In this document: piece by piece, positions 26,044 through 40,340 of the stretch
How the letters are laid out: each line of letters starts with the position of its first letter
Numbering within the stretch: the stretch's first letter is position 1
DNA from: Mobula hypostoma
Lineage: Eukaryota
Reading direction: 5' to 3'
Assembly (NCBI RefSeq): GCF_963921235.1
Contig: NC_086097.1
Location: forward strand, 78,122,001 to 78,186,000
Length of the DNA: 64,000 bases
Translations under genes and position numbers: made by a program
The notes under the pieces: generated by a model
What the model was told of the DNA's origin: nothing
What the model saw: only the letters and a program-made list of their open reading frames with translations
Databases searched by the model: none

Positions 26044-26994
26044 GTCTGCAGCCATCGGACTCCTTGAACTAGCTGCAGTGCTGAACTGGCTATGTGGCTG
26101 TGGACTTACTTTTTGGTTCATGTTCTATAGATTGTTTGTTTGCACGATTTGTTCTTTGTTTTCTCACAATGAATAGATGACAGTCTTTGTGGTGAGGGTT
26201 TTTTCATGAATTCTGACTGTAAGAAAATGAATCTCAGGGTTGCATATAGTAAACATACTTTGATAATGTACGTATTTTGAACTTTGTGCTCCCACCTCAT
26301 ATCTGGTTTATAATAACAGTATATTTGGAAACTATCAATGAACAGAGTATTCCAAATTCAAAATACGGATGGGCAGAAGGATGACGAAGGAATAATGTTC
26401 TAACCTTGTGTCACTTTGATTACTTCAGTTTCCCAAAATTTAGTTAATTGAAAGTTCAGTTTATCCAGTATTGCGTGCTGAATAAACAGTCTGACAATTT
26501 ACAGTAAGTAGAGGGGTCAAAAGAAGTTTAAAATTCAATTTATAATGACTTAACATTTTGAGGCATTTCTGAAATTACAGCTTGTCACATTGAATTTACT
26601 TTTTAATAGAAAAGGCATATATATGTATATTATCTTTATATTTGACCAATATTAATTGTATTTTCTTGCCTGGAGTTCAATATCATAATTATTAATGTAA
26701 ATAAATTGATGAAGTATGTTCAAGGATGTAAAACTCTGGTGTAAAATATTTCAGGTTTAAAAAATCCACAGTGAAGTTTAAGATCCTTTCTTTAGATCAT
26801 GAGATTGTTTTGTTGGAACCTGGTCCTCAGTTGCCTGTAAACTGTAAACTAGGGAAGGCTCAGTAGCACCCATGCTATCTTCAGAGCTTAAAGAGAGCAA
26901 ATCAGCCCCAAAAGCTGCTGGTAAACCTTTATCGATGTATAATTGAGAACATACTGACCGCATGGCAGTATGGTGCACTAGCTGCAATAAGATA

Positions 26995-29900
26995 AGCAAT
27001 ATCCTTGCAGATAGATTTGCTAGCATGGTCCGGGAGGGTTTAAACTAATTTACAAGGGGGATGGGACCCAGAGCGATAGAGCAGTGGAAGAAGTGCATGG
27101 AGTAAAGCCAGATTTAACATATAAATAGGCTTTGAGGAAAGAGAAGCAAAATATAGGGTGTGAAGGTAGTAAGGTAGAAGGGCTAAAGTGCGTGTACTTC
27201 AATGCAAGAAGCATCAGGAACAAAGGTGATGAACTGAGAGCTTGGATACATACATGGAATTATGACGTAGTGGCTATTTAAGAGACTTGGTTGGCACCAG
27301 GGCAGGAATAGATTCTCAATATTCCTGGATTTCAGTGCTTTAAGAGGGATAGAGAGTGGGGAAAAGGGGAGGAGATGTGGCATGACTGGTCAGGGATACT
27401 ATTACAGCTACAGAAAGGGTGGGTAATGTAGCAGGATCTTCTTTTGAGTCAGTATGGGTAGAAGTCAAGAACAGGACGGGAGCAGTTACTCTATTGGGAG
27501 TATTCTATAGGCCCCCTGGTAGCAGCAGAGATACCGAGGAGCAGATTGGGAGGCAGATTTCGGAAAGGTGCAAAAATAACAGGGTTGTTATCATGGTTGA
27601 CTTTAACTTCCCTAATATTGATTGGCAGCTGATAAGTTCCAATGGTTTAGACGGGGAGGAGTTTGTTAAGTGTGTCCAGGACGGATTCCTGTCACAGTAT
27701 GTTGACAGGCCGACTAGGGGGAATGCCATACTAGATCTAGTATTGGGTAACGAACCGGGTCAGGTCACAGATCTCTCAGTGGGTGAGCATCTGGGGGACA
27801 GTGACCACCGCTCCCTGGCCTTTAGCATTATCATGGAAAAGGATAGAATTAGAGAGGACAGGAAAATTTTTAATTGGGGAAGGGCAACTTATGAGGCTAT
27901 AAGGCTAGAACTTGCAGGTGTGAATTGGGATGATGTTTTTGCAGGGAAATGTATTATGGACGTGTGGTCAATGTTTAGAGATCTTTTGCAGGATGTTAGG
28001 GATAAATTTGTCCAGGTGAGGAAGATAAAGAATGGTAGGGTGAAGGAACCATGAGTGACAAGTGAGGTGGAAAATCTAGTCAGGTGGAAGAAGGCAGCAT
28101 ACATGAGGTTTAGGAAGCAAGGATCAGATGGGTCTATTGAGGAATATAGGGTAGCAAGAGAGGAGCTTAAGAAGGAGCTGAGGAGAGCAAGAAGGGGGCA
28201 TGAGAAGGCCTTGGTGAGTAGGGTAAAGGAAAACCCCAAGGTATTCTTCAATTATGTGAAGAACAAAAGGATGACAGGAGTAAAGGTCAGACCAATTGGA
28301 GATGAAGGTGGGAAGATGTGCCTGGGGGCTGTGGAAGTGAGCGAGGTCCTCAATGAATACTTCTCATCAGTATTCACCAATGAGAGGGAACTTGATGACG
28401 GTGAGGACAATGTGAGTGAGGTTGATGTTCTGGAGCATGTTGATATTAAGGGAGAGGAGGGGTTGGAGTTATTAAAATACATTAGGATGGATAAGTCCCC
28501 GGGGCCTGACGGAATATTCCCCAAGCTGCTCCACGAGGCAAGGGAAGAGATTGCTGAGCCTCTGGCTAGGATCTTCATGTCCTCGTTCTCCACGGGAACA
28601 GTACTGGAGGATTGAAGGGAGGCGAATGTTGTCCCCTTGTTCAAAAAAAGTAGTAGGGATAGTCTGGGTAATTATAGGCCAGTGAGCCTTATGTCTGTGG
28701 TGAGAAAGCTGGTGGAAAAGATTCTTAGAGAAAGGATCTATGGGCATTTAGAGAATCATGGTCTGATCAGGGACAGTCAGTATAGCTTTGTGAAGGGCAG
28801 ATCGTGTCTAACAAGACTGATAGAGTTCATTGAGGAGGTCACCAGGCATATAGATGAGGGTAGTGCAGTGGATGTGATCTACATGGATTTTAGTAAGGCA
28901 ATTGACAAGGTTCCACATGGTAGGCTTATTCAAAAAGTCAGAAGGCATGGGATCCAGGGAAGTTTGGCCAGGTGGGTTCAGAATTGGCTTGCCTGCAGAA
29001 AGCACAGGGTCGTGGTGGAGGGAGTACATTCGGATTGGAGGGTTGTTACTAATGGAGTCCCACAAGGATCGGTTCTAGGACCTCTACTTTTCGTGATTTT
29101 TATTAACCACCTGGATGTGGGGGTAGAAGGGTGGGTTGGCAAGTTTGCAGATGACACAAAGGTTGGTGGTGTTGTGGATAATGTAGAGGATTGTCGAAGA
29201 TTGCAGCGAGACATTGTTAGGATACAGAAGTGGGCTGAGAAGTGGCAGATGGAGTTCAACCCGGAGAAGTGTCAGGTGGTACACTTTGGAAGGACAAACT
29301 CCAAGGCAGAGTACAAAGTAAATGACAGGATACTTGGTAGTGTGGAGGAGCAGAGGGATCTGGGGGTACATGTCCACAGATCCCTGAAAGTTGCCTCACA
29401 GGTAGATAAGGTAGTTAAGAAAGCTTATGGGGTGTTAGCTTTCATAAGCCGAGGGATAGAGTTTAAGAGTTGCGAGGTTATGATGCAGCTCTGTAAAACT
29501 CTGGTTAGGCCACACTTGGAATACTGTGTCCATTTCTAGTTGCCTCACTATAGGAAGGATGTGGAAGCATTGGAAAGGGTACAGAGGAGATTTACCAGGA
29601 TTCTGCCTGGTTTAGAGAGTATGCATTATGATCAGAGATTAAGGGAGCTAGGGCTTTACTCTCTGGAGAGAAGGCAGATAAAAGGAGACATGATAGATGT
29701 GTACAAGATATTAAGAGGAATAGTTAGAGTGGACAGCCAGCGCCTCTTCCCCAGGGCACCGCTGCTCTGAGGACATGGCTTTAAGGTAAGGGGTGGGAAG
29801 TTCAAGGGGAATATTAGAGGAAGGTTTTTCACTCAGAGAGTGGTTGGTGCGTGGAATGCACTGCCTGAGTTAGTGGTGGAGGCAGATACACTAGCGAAAT

Positions 29901-30034
29901 TTAAGAGACAACTAGACAAGTATATGGAGGAATTTAAGGTAGGGGTTATATGGGAGGCAGGAGTTAAGAGTCGGCACAACATTGTGGGCCGAAGGGCCTG
30001 TACTGTGCTGTACTATTCTATGTTCTATGTTCTA
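26995..30034 (+). mobile_element. CR1 LINE: end of ORF1 + nearly complete, disrupted ORF2
   Basis: NILADRFASMVREGLN* (ORF1 end); YFNARSIRNK, FYRPP, DFNFP, ILDLV, SDH, KSPGPDG, NYRPVSL, GVPQGSVLGPLLF, KFADD, RDLGV; (TTCTATG)n tail; several stops. Confidence 0.95.
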
Positions 30035-32220
30035 ACAGCACATAGATCGGGACTGCACAGAACATCACTGGGATGCAACTACCAGATATGGAAACAATCT
30101 ACAGCTCATGCAAGATCGTTATGGACTCATCCCAGCTGCTCATTCCCCTACCATCCAGCAGGAGATACAGAAACGTCTCTGCACAGACTTCCAGTCTGAA
30201 AGACAACTTCTATGCCCAGAGCTGTCATGCAACTAAATAATGCCCTCCCCCTTCTACACTTAGTTCAAAGGCATGTAATTCATGGGCATAATTCTTGAAG
30301 CTATTTTACACTTAATGATTGTATTTATAACATGAGCAAGTGCAAAACTTGAATGGGACAGTCACTGTTTCTTTTTAATTTTAAAGTTGTTTGTTTTTAA
30401 TTCAGTTGTAACTTAGATGTCATTCTAAATAGCTCAAATGTTAAATATAGTCATTGTGTTTTAGTAATTGAATTGCCAGTATTTTTTTTGCACTGAATGG
30501 AATAACACTGCAATCTTGATGTCCTTGGCAATGACGATAAATCTCTAACTAACTCACTAAATCTGCTTTTCTCTTTTAGAGATGTGATGTGATGGATAAG
30601 AAGGTCTTGTGTTTGTAAAGAATTAGTTCCCGAATTTCTAGTCATTCTCATTAAAATAGTCATTATGTTTTCATAGAGAAACTAAGCGTCTCCTCCGAAG
30701 TTGCTAATTATGATGGACAAGACAGAAGGCACACTTCAGACATGTTACAGCTCCTGAAGCTTGGGACTCATTACGTTGTATGTGAGGTGCTGACACAAAG
30801 GAACTGTCTTTATGGGCTCTTGCAATCTTTGATATTGATTTTCATTGGACTGAGCTTCTTTCACCACTGTTTGTTCAAAGATGGAAGTGGTTCCATCTTT
30901 ATCCCACTACTCCAAAAGGAAGGTAACTCCATCCTCAGTCAATAAGCTGTTGCATGTTGTTAACATGCAACCAACCGCCACTAACCAATTGGAAGCTAAG
31001 GACAGAGGTTATGCAAATAAAGCAAGTATGAAAAGGAAGGGATTCAATCTGTTGTACACTATAGAACTATAAACACAAGAGACTCTGGAGGTGCTGGAAA
31101 TCCAGAGTACCACATACTCTGGGGCTCTTCAGCATGTCAGGCAGCATCTATGAAAAGGAGTAGACAGTTGATGTTTCGGGTTTGCATTTGTATATGTCAC
31201 CAGTTTGTGCTCTACCAAAAAAGACATTAAAATATAAAAGAATAACAGAATAAAAGAACAAAAAGAAAAATAAAATATAAAAGAATAAAAAGAATGGAAG
31301 CAAGATGCAGTTCAGTGTCAATATGAATAAGACACAATCTAAGCCACAAATTACTATCACAGTACTTACCAGAGAAAATCTGCAGATGCTGGAAATCCGA
31401 GCAACACACACAAAATGCTGGAGGAACTCCGTAGGCCAGGCAACATCTATGGAAAAAAGTACAGTCGACATCTTGGCCTGAAACGCCTGCTGTGTTCCTC
31501 CAATTATTATTATTTAACAATTTATCATTATTGCATGGCTTATTACTGCACAGTTGGAATTTTGTTGTTAAGATACTTTCCCCTGTACTGGCTCTCAGAT
31601 CCCTGCTTTCTTTTGGACTTCAGTTACTTTCCTATTCCTCACAGTAATTACTTGGCAGCATAATCCTTGATGTCTTAACAATAATTTGCATAGATTTGAT
31701 GGAATAAGTAACAACCAGAGATTTAAGTAAAAGCTTTATTTCCACCAGCTGAAATTCTTCTATCATCCCCACTTATTCTTATTCTCCTATTGCAAAACCA
31801 AGCTCTGGCTTCTGAGCATAACTGACTGATACTGCTCATTAGAAAGATCTTTCCAGGTCTAAAGGGCCATATTTTATGAAGCAATCTAAACCCTGGAGAA
31901 AAGTGCAGTGGTGAAAATTGCTTCATAAATATGACTTGAATTCCAATGACCTTTATGATTGAGACTAGTAGCTAACAGAAAAACTAATTACAGTTAAACT
32001 AAGCTTTGTATGTATTTAGTAGAAAACAGAAAGTGACCAAAAACTAGCAGCAGAAGGAGAGATGGGGCAACCATGTTCTTTTCAAATTTTATAAATCAGT
32101 CCCTTTAAGTTGATTACAACTACAACTATCCTTTACAGAATATTCACTTGTGAGTTATTCCAAGGATGCTACCAAAACAATCAAGGGCTGAGGTTTAAAG
32201 TATCTAAGAGGATCACAATC

Positions 32221-32520
32221 TTGTCATAGGGTTTGGAGGCTTCTGTGCATCAATGGCCCAGACAGCCATGTTAGCTGGAGTCAGGGCCTCATGCTTTGGC
32301 TCTTGGTAAGGTCACCCATGTCAAGCAAGTCAAGAGTGGTCCACCGATCCTCCAGGTTTGGGGGTTCAACTCAGGGCTAATAACCCTGACTGTTAAAAGA
32401 ATTGTTATGGGAACAGCAGTGAAGTATCCTTATGTATTTGTGTGTGGTTCTATGGACAGACTGAGACGGAGGACCTTCATTACTGCCCTAAATTCCAGTG
32501 GCAATATGGGCAGTTACAAC
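32221..32520 (+). mobile_element. RTE 5'-UTR-derived short element
   Basis: ctcttggtaaggtcacccatg motif shared with 38878-38900 (ctcctggtagggtcacccatg); non-coding. Confidence 0.5.
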
Positions 32521-32699
32521 AGGTTTATGGAGAGACAGAGGAAGGAGCTTTAATGTGAATTTGAGGGAAAAGTTCTTGTGGTCAGTAGCTGTAATTTACT
32601 GCTAGTGGGAACAGTGGAGACAGATACAATCACAGTGTTTATTTAGACAGGCACTTAAATAGGCAAGGCATGGAAGGATACAGATATAGTGCTTGAAGT

Positions 32700-32836
32700 G
32701 GCTTTGGGACCTTTGTCTTTGTTAAAATTCTTTTCTGCTAGTTTTATTTGAATGGCTTCCTTTACCAGGCGATCCCAAGGCCACTGGTGCGACACAGCGG
32801 TTTTGCGCCGTCAAAGTCAACCCTATGGCCATTGCA
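32700..32836 (-). mobile_element. Penelope-like GIY-YIG C-terminal fragment (different family)
   Basis: Minus translation NGHRVDFDGAKPLCRTSG / WDRLVKEAIQIKLAEKNFNKDKG (H..DFD, KEAI.I, FN.D.G pattern). Confidence 0.6.
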
Positions 32837-35759
32837 AATCTTTTTACTGTATCTTATTACATGTGACAATAATAAACCAAAAATAAAACCAGAATAGTCT
32901 TGTATGAAGCTACAGAAGTTCTCCACTCCAGGGCAGTTGACTAGTTTTCATTCCTATTTGCTAGAGCTGGAGACTTTATGCATCACAAAGGTTTCAAGCT
33001 GTTCCCTTGGAGCAGAATGCTGCTAAGTACACACGTGTTGCATTGCAAATATTCAAATCAACTCCAATGTAGTCCACAACCGAAAGGGTTTTCAGTTTTG
33101 TGCATGATCATAGACATGCACCATGCACAATAAAGCTTGACACTTTGATAGCAGTCATAATGCCTTCAGTGTGAACTTGCCCACTCTTCTGCCTGAGTCC
33201 CGTGGTCTGCTAGAGCAATGATTCTGGTGCCCAGACTGGTCTTGAGGAGTCCAGCAGCTTATTTGCTGCTCAGCTCTCTATCTTGAGACCTCAGTCCTTG
33301 CCCTGTAACAGTGGATGAGGTGCTGCAGAGTGGGTAAGTGAGCACCTTGAGGAGGGGGGAGAAGAAGAGGAAGCTACCTAAAGCTATCTGTTAGATCACC
33401 GACAACAGCCAGATGCTGGGAAAACCAAAGCTAATTGCCTTTGGTGTCCATTGAAAACTCCATTCACAAGCCAGCTAATCCATCCATCATCTTGATATGG
33501 AGCTGAAGCTGAAACTGACTGTTCACCAACTCCTGATACATTTGATTCCATATAGCCGTACTATCAGTAGGAATACTTATCCATGACATTGTCCAAATTC
33601 TATCTAATTTCAATTCACTGGTGCAGAATCCCCGTCTACACACATGTTACTTACCAGAAAGTTTATTTCTAACACATTCTTGGTCAGCCTCCCTTACTTT
33701 ATCCTTCGTTAATCCAAATATGTCATATAAATATGAGCACAAGAAAGTCTGCAGATGCTGGATATCCAAATTGTTGGAGGAAGCAATTTGTGTGTGTTGA
33801 TATAAATATAAGTCCTGCTTAATGGGTGTTCTTAGTAGGTGACTGGACAAGCGTGATGAATTGAGCAGGATCAGAGGCTGATAGTGTAAATGTGTGTAAA
33901 ATCATTCTCATTTGCATTTACCTGAACTTCACTATACTTTTGAGAATATTAAACATTTTTCAGCATTGCATCCAGGTCACGTATGTGACACCTGATTTGA
34001 ACCACCACTGTGCTCTTCTATCACTGCCTTTATCGTGTTGTGTAGTGTCATCCCTTGCATAGAGTTCACACCTTCCACTGACCTCCAAAACTCCATCAAA
34101 TACAATACTGAGCCACTCTTTCCTATGCCTTGTCCTTATGGCAACATTATCTGTAACTTCCATCACCTATCTTAGCCAAAATGCATTGCATCTTCAGAGG
34201 ATGCAAGCTGACTGCAAGCAGCTCAGGCTAGCTTTAAATTCTGCTAGCTACTGATGAAATTAGTTGAGATTACTACCTCTCAACCATTAGGCTCTTGAAC
34301 TAAAGGGGATAACTACAGTCACTTGCCCATCCATTGAGATGTTCCCAGAACCAATGATCTCACTTTGCGGACTCTTTATTTCATTACCTCATGTTCTCAC
34401 TATTTTTTGCTATTTATTTATATTTGCATCTACACAGCTTGTTGTCTCCTGCACTCTAGCTGATTGTTCATTGATGCTGTTATAGTTACTGTCTATACAT
34501 TAGCTGTGTGTGCCCGCAGGAAAATCTCAGGGTTGAATATGGTGACGTATAAGTACTTTGATAATAAAATTTACCTTAAACTTTATTAAAATTGGGACTT
34601 GTTTGTTCAGAGTCAATAAGCAGTACACTTAGAGAAATAACTTACAAATGAGCAGACCGCACATTGTTGACTTACTTCTTCACTGAGCAGGGTTTAACTG
34701 CACACCACACGCTGTACTTCCCTCCTCAGGAGCAACACAATATGACTTTCAAAAGCTTCATATCTATTTAACACAGGTCATTGTCCTCCTGAGGCAATCA
34801 GCTGTATTTGCACATCATTAGCACAAAATCCACAGGCAGCTCAATCAAATCAGTGAAAATTGACATGGACCAATTAATGTGAAGTCATGCTTTTGATAGG
34901 TCTTTTCCTCACACCTTCTGATAACATTATCTGCATATGATAACTCAATGTTGTTTGGGTGAAGACTGTTGTGTAATTATTACAATACTGCTCACTGTTT
35001 GGCCTGGAATATACCCAAAATCTAAATAACTATCACAAATCATAAATTGGTCAGTTCAGAGTAATATTCCTCACAACCACATAAATGGAACTTCTAGCAG
35101 AAACATTTTTACATGATCATTAATCTCTTAAATGTTTATATTCCTGTCAATGAGGAAGATGCACCTGAACGGCTTAACATATATGACATATAGTTAAAAT
35201 AGATATGTGCTGTGGATGAAATTGTTCATGGTTTAACTTCCGATTTACTATGATGAAATCTCTGTTAAAGGACAATTTTAGATATGTCAGTGAAGGTGCC
35301 GTAACATAGGTTATGGTCTTAGTAAATATTGTGAAGCTGACTAGAGTTAGGGGAAAACCCCATCGGCTAAAGAGCCTAGTATCACTCGAGCAGGATGTCC
35401 GTGATGAATCTTTTTATCCTGCGCCCTTCACTCAAAGTACTTCTGCTCTGTAATTTTCTGGATGTGCAAACTGGCAACATCATGCCCTAAAAAAAAATGT
35501 GTATCAAGATAATGAAGAACTTCATATCCAGTTTCATCGGCCAGGATAAGGAACAGGAGCCAACAAAAGTTGTTGAAAACCTTGATATGGCTGAAAGAGG
35601 AGAAACGAACTGCTTCAGCACAGCATTGATCCTATAAGCTTACATTAACTTCCCAATCTAGTAACTTACTGGATCTTATATATTCACAAAGAAAATTAAA
35701 ATGATTAGATGCAAGGAGAACCAACTAACTTGTTTAACTGAAACTAAAGTAAAGCTCTT

Positions 35760-35985
35760 CAGATGTTACAATTCTGAAACAAAATACAGAAAATGGTCAA
35801 CAGATTGGTAGCATCTGTGGAGACAGCTAGATTGACAAAATTAACATTTCAGGTTGACTCGAATTGACATCAGAAATAATTCTTGATGTCAGGTCAATGA
35901 TCTGAAATATTAACTATAGGATATGTTTTGCTTTATAGATAGTGCCTGACCTGCTAAATATTTTCAACATTTTCTGTTTTTTTAC
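35760..35985. mobile_element. Older inverted pair of PLE-type terminal repeats
   Basis: ttaacatttcagg...tgacatcagaa / ttcttgatgtca...ctgaaatattaa, flanked by decayed gcatctgtggaga and tgcctgacctgct arms. Confidence 0.45.
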
Positions 35986-37384
35986 TAAACACTGAACTGT
36001 GCTTCCAAGATGAGGCATTTGAACTGTACCAACAGCAGCACTACAAGTTTCAAACCAAAAGGAAGAAATAAGTGGCACCAGCAGTCTAATAAAGCAGTTA
36101 TGACATCGTGACTGAATGAGAACGCTATTTGTCAGTACTACGTCTTCAATAAAGCTGGCAGAAATGCATACAGTATTTGTGATTACTTTCTCTCTAACTA
36201 GTTGAGTCTGATGAGCACGCTAGAAGCATGGATTTATCTTGGGTAATTGTGTAGACCATCAATCCCTCATGTCCAATTTTATTCCTGCTCAGATCAGCGT
36301 TTCAGTAGTGCATTTTCTGGCTTGTTGGTCCTTCTTCTGCCAGCTACAGTCTAATCAAATCAGTGATTCCTCTACACTTAAAAGGTGAGATACACAGTTG
36401 CACAATATAATTCAGGTCTTTTCTATGAGTACAAATTATTCACAAAACTAGATACAGACAAGTTGATATTGTAATTAAGAACTTATCTGAGAAATGTATT
36501 GATAATGTTTAGTAGCTAATTCAGCAAATACCAACTGAAAATAAACAGATCATCATAAATAGAGTATAAAATCTGGAAGCAGAAAGGATTTGCAGGAGGA
36601 AAAGCTAAAAGATGGGAATTTATTTCTCATTCTAAAGTTAATATTTACTCTTTTATAAACACACATATAGAACACAAATCAAGATAACTTGATGTATTTT
36701 GAATTAATCACCCATATTGTGAGATGAAATAGAGATACTGGCATTAAATAAACAGTCACCTGACTACTAGATCACAACAGTTTTTAAGTAATTATTTAAA
36801 GTCCTTGATCTGAACCATCAATCTTTCTTCACATGTGCTCCCTATGTTTTTCTGTGTTTGTCTTATACCTGCAGTATTATGATTTTTGGTCAAATAAATC
36901 TTGCTGCAGCTTTGTAAGAATTGTCAGATTTGATGCCTCAGAGATTTACTAAAACAATTAATTTGTCAAAACTCCATCATTAAAAAGCCTCTGATTTCAA
37001 TATTGACTATAGTCACAACTTAGTTATTAAACATGTCTACATTTGACAATAAATTCTGAAGGTTCATTCTGTATAAGTTCTGACCAAGATGTTCTCAACT
37101 TTCTAGGCAAATTATTAAAAGGCTGATAAACGCTAATGTAGATAATCATGAGGATATTGCACTTGGGTAGCAGGAACAGAACACCAGTCACTCGGAAAAT
37201 ATCCAAATGGATAAAGGAGCAAAAGGAGCTGGAAGTACAAACACACAAATCATTGAAAGTTGAGATGCAGGTTGATAAGGCCTGAAGAATAAAAAACAAG
37301 CACAGAAAGTTGTGTTGAACTTGTCTTAAACCTTGGTTAGTCACTCTTGGAGTATTGTAAATAGTTTGCTCATACTTTGTCCCA

Positions 37385-37725
37385 ACATGGATGGAGGCCG
37401 TTGACCCATCAAGATCATGCCAGATGTCACAGCGTTCCCATCAATCCCATTACACATTGATTTCCTTTCAACTTGCTCTCTCTCACATGGTCATTAACCT
37501 CCCCACTCCCACTCCATGATACTCCCACCATCTATCTACACCAGGAGATTTTGAGAGGTCAGTTACTGCACCAGAAGATCTTTGGTATATGAATGCTTGT
37601 GAGAGTCCCATGCAGTGACAAGGAGAAAGTGCATGTAGTCTATATGGACAGAAGCCAAGGTCAGGATTGAATGTTGGTCTTGGAAACAGTGAGGCAGCAG
37701 CACACACTGCTAGGCTGCTATGCTG
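37385..37725 (-). mobile_element. Degenerate tRNA-derived V-SINE (HE1-like)
   Basis: Same layout as 46885-47180 (caggattgaatgttggtc B-box-like region on the reverse strand). Confidence 0.45.
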
Positions 37726-38475
37726 ACTCTCGTTGGTAGATCATAAGAAGAACACAGGAGCCTGTGGTGCGTACAAAAAAGATTTTAAAGTGCAATAAAA
37801 AGATTGAGTTTCCTATCTAAAGCAAAGCGATAAGGCCTATCAAGACCTTTTTAAAAGCATGAAAGTTGCCATCTAAACATCAGAAGAATTCAGAAGAAAA
37901 TCTTTCCTCAGAGAAAGAATGTTTAAAGGCTGCCAAAGGGTGTTAGAAGTAAAAAGCATAAGTTTGTTTAAGGGAAAGGGAGATAAGAATTTATGTGGAA
38001 AAATAAAAAAGAGGATTATGCTGATAGAGTTAGATGTGAGAAAGGGAAGAGGCTCAAGTGGGCCATAAAAGTACAAGCAGTTGGGCCAAATGGCTCACGT
38101 CCAAATTAATTAATTATGCAACTTTATAAACTATTTCATAAACTTCAGTGCCTGCTTACTATCCCCAGATATCACCAGCTTAAAAATATGTCAGACTATT
38201 CATGAATCCAATAAAACAGATGTCTCACCAAATTTTGTCTGCCTCTCCACAGTGTCAAATGTTCTGGAGTAATCCATGCTTAACTTTTTAATCATAATAA
38301 AACATAAAAATCTTGAGCTAACCCCAGAACTTTGACTTACAGAAATTTGTATGAAATAAACAGGCCCAATGTAAGTGGGTAAGGCCACTTGTTAAGTTTA
38401 CTTGCATAATGTTTGTGCAGCTGCTACTTTGATCAACTATTATCACAATGATCCCGAACTTTAAAATGATTATAA

Positions 38476-40340
38476 GACGAGAAACCATAAGATATAAGAG
38501 CAGAATTAGGACATTTGGCCCATTGAGTCTGCTCTACCATTTCATCACAGCTGATCCATTTTTCCTCTCAGCCCCAATTTCCTGCCTTCTCCCCATATCC
38601 CTTCGTGCCCTGACCAATCAAGAATCTATCAACCTCTGCCTTAAATATACATAAAGACTTGGGCTCCACACCTGCCTGGGGAAAAGAATTTCACAGATTC
38701 ACCTTTCCCTGGCTAAAGAATATTCCTCTTCATCTCTATTCTAAAAAGACGCTCCTCTATTTTTAGGTTGTCTCCTCTGGTATTAGACTCTCCCACTTCT
38801 CCGTGGATTGTCACCTTGTCGCGGTGGAGAGGCTTATGTGGTCCTGTGATCCTAAGAGCGATGCTGTCTGGGGCTATGCTCCTGGTAGGGTCACCCATGG
38901 CGGTAAGGTCGAGGGTGAGGTCTCTGACAAAGAACAATCCAACCAATACCTCAATGGTGGAACAGGCGGATGAAGTTACTTCGAACTCAACGGCTGTGAA
39001 GGTGGATGAAGGTTGCAACAAATCCATCTGCTCCAATCATCGTGGTTTCCATGCACTTAGAATCAGTTGGTTGATTTGTGAAGTATCGTGTGCTTCTTGG
39101 AATGCAACATCAGGTACACGTTAAACAAATATGTCTTCACTCTGTGGGCCACTTCAGTACGAAGACCATCATCCTCGACCTCGAGGGATAGCCACGACGA
39201 TGAGACTCTCCCACTATAGGAAACATCCTCTCCACATCCATTCAATCAAGGCCTTTCATCATTCAATAGGCTTCAATAAGGTCATCCCTCATTCTTCTGA
39301 ATTCCAGTGAGTACAAGCCCAAAACCATCAGACAGTCTTCTTATCACAAGCCATTTAATCCTAGAATCATTTTTGTGAACCTCCTTTTAACCCTCTCCAG
39401 TTTCGGCACATCCTGTTTAAGATAAGGGGCCCAAAACTGCTCACAATACTCTAAGTGAGGCCTCTCCAGTGCTTTATAAAGTCTCAACATTACATCCATG
39501 CTTTTACATTGTAGTCCTCTTGAAATGAATGCTATCATTGCATTTACCTTCCACATCACAGACTCAAACTGTAAATTAACCTTTAGGGAATCTGGCACAA
39601 GGAATCCCAAGTCCCTTTGCACTTCAGATTTTTTTAATATTTTCTCTCCATTTAGAAAATAGTCAACCCTTTCAATTTTTCTACTGAAGTGCATGACCAT
39701 ATACTTCTCAATTTTGTATTTCATCTGCCATTTCTTTGTCCATTCTCCTAATCTGTCCCACGTCCTTCTGTAGCCTCGCAACTTCCTAAAAACTACCTTC
39801 CCCTCCACCTATCTTCATATCATCTGCAAACTTTGCAATGAAGCCATCAATTCCATCATCCAAATCATTGACATATATACAAACGTTTGTAGTAAAAAGA
39901 ATCGGTCCAAACACTGACGCCTGTGGAACACCACTGGTCACCAATAGCCAACCAGAAAAGGCTCCCTTTCTTCCCACTCTTTACCTCCAGTCAATCAGCC
40001 ACTGCTTTATCCATCCTATAATCTTTCCTGTAATATCATGGGCTCGTAACTTGTTAAGTAGCTTCATGTGTGGCACCTTGTCAAAGGCCTTCTGAAAATC
40101 CAAGTACACGACATCAACTGATTCTCTTTTGTCTATCCTGCTTGTTATTTCTTCAAAGAATTCCAACAGGTTTGTCAGACAAAGTTTTCCCTTGAGGAGA
40201 CCATGCTGATTACAGCCTATTTTATCATGTGCCTCCAAGTACCCTGAGACATCATCCTTAATAATTGGCTCCAACATCTTCTCAACCACTACGGTCAGAC
40301 TAACTGGCTTATAGTTTCCTTTCTTCTGCCTCTCTCCCTT
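38476..40340 (-). mobile_element. CR1 LINE 3' part (RT), interrupted by an RTE-derived short element
   Basis: ORFs 39981-40289 (QHGLLKGKLCLTNLLEFFE, YLDFQKAFDKVPH), 39786-39977 (GVPQASVFGP, KFADD) and 39344-39808 (RPHLEYCEQFW); ccataagatataag tail. Confidence 0.92.
38798..39202 (+). mobile_element. Non-autonomous RTE-derived short retroposon with 13-bp TSD
   Basis: TSD agactctcccact at 38785-38797 and 39203-39215; RTE/Rex3-type 5' UTR (tgtcaccttgtcgcggtggagaggctt...ggtagggtcacccatgg); gacgatga tail. Confidence 0.8.
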
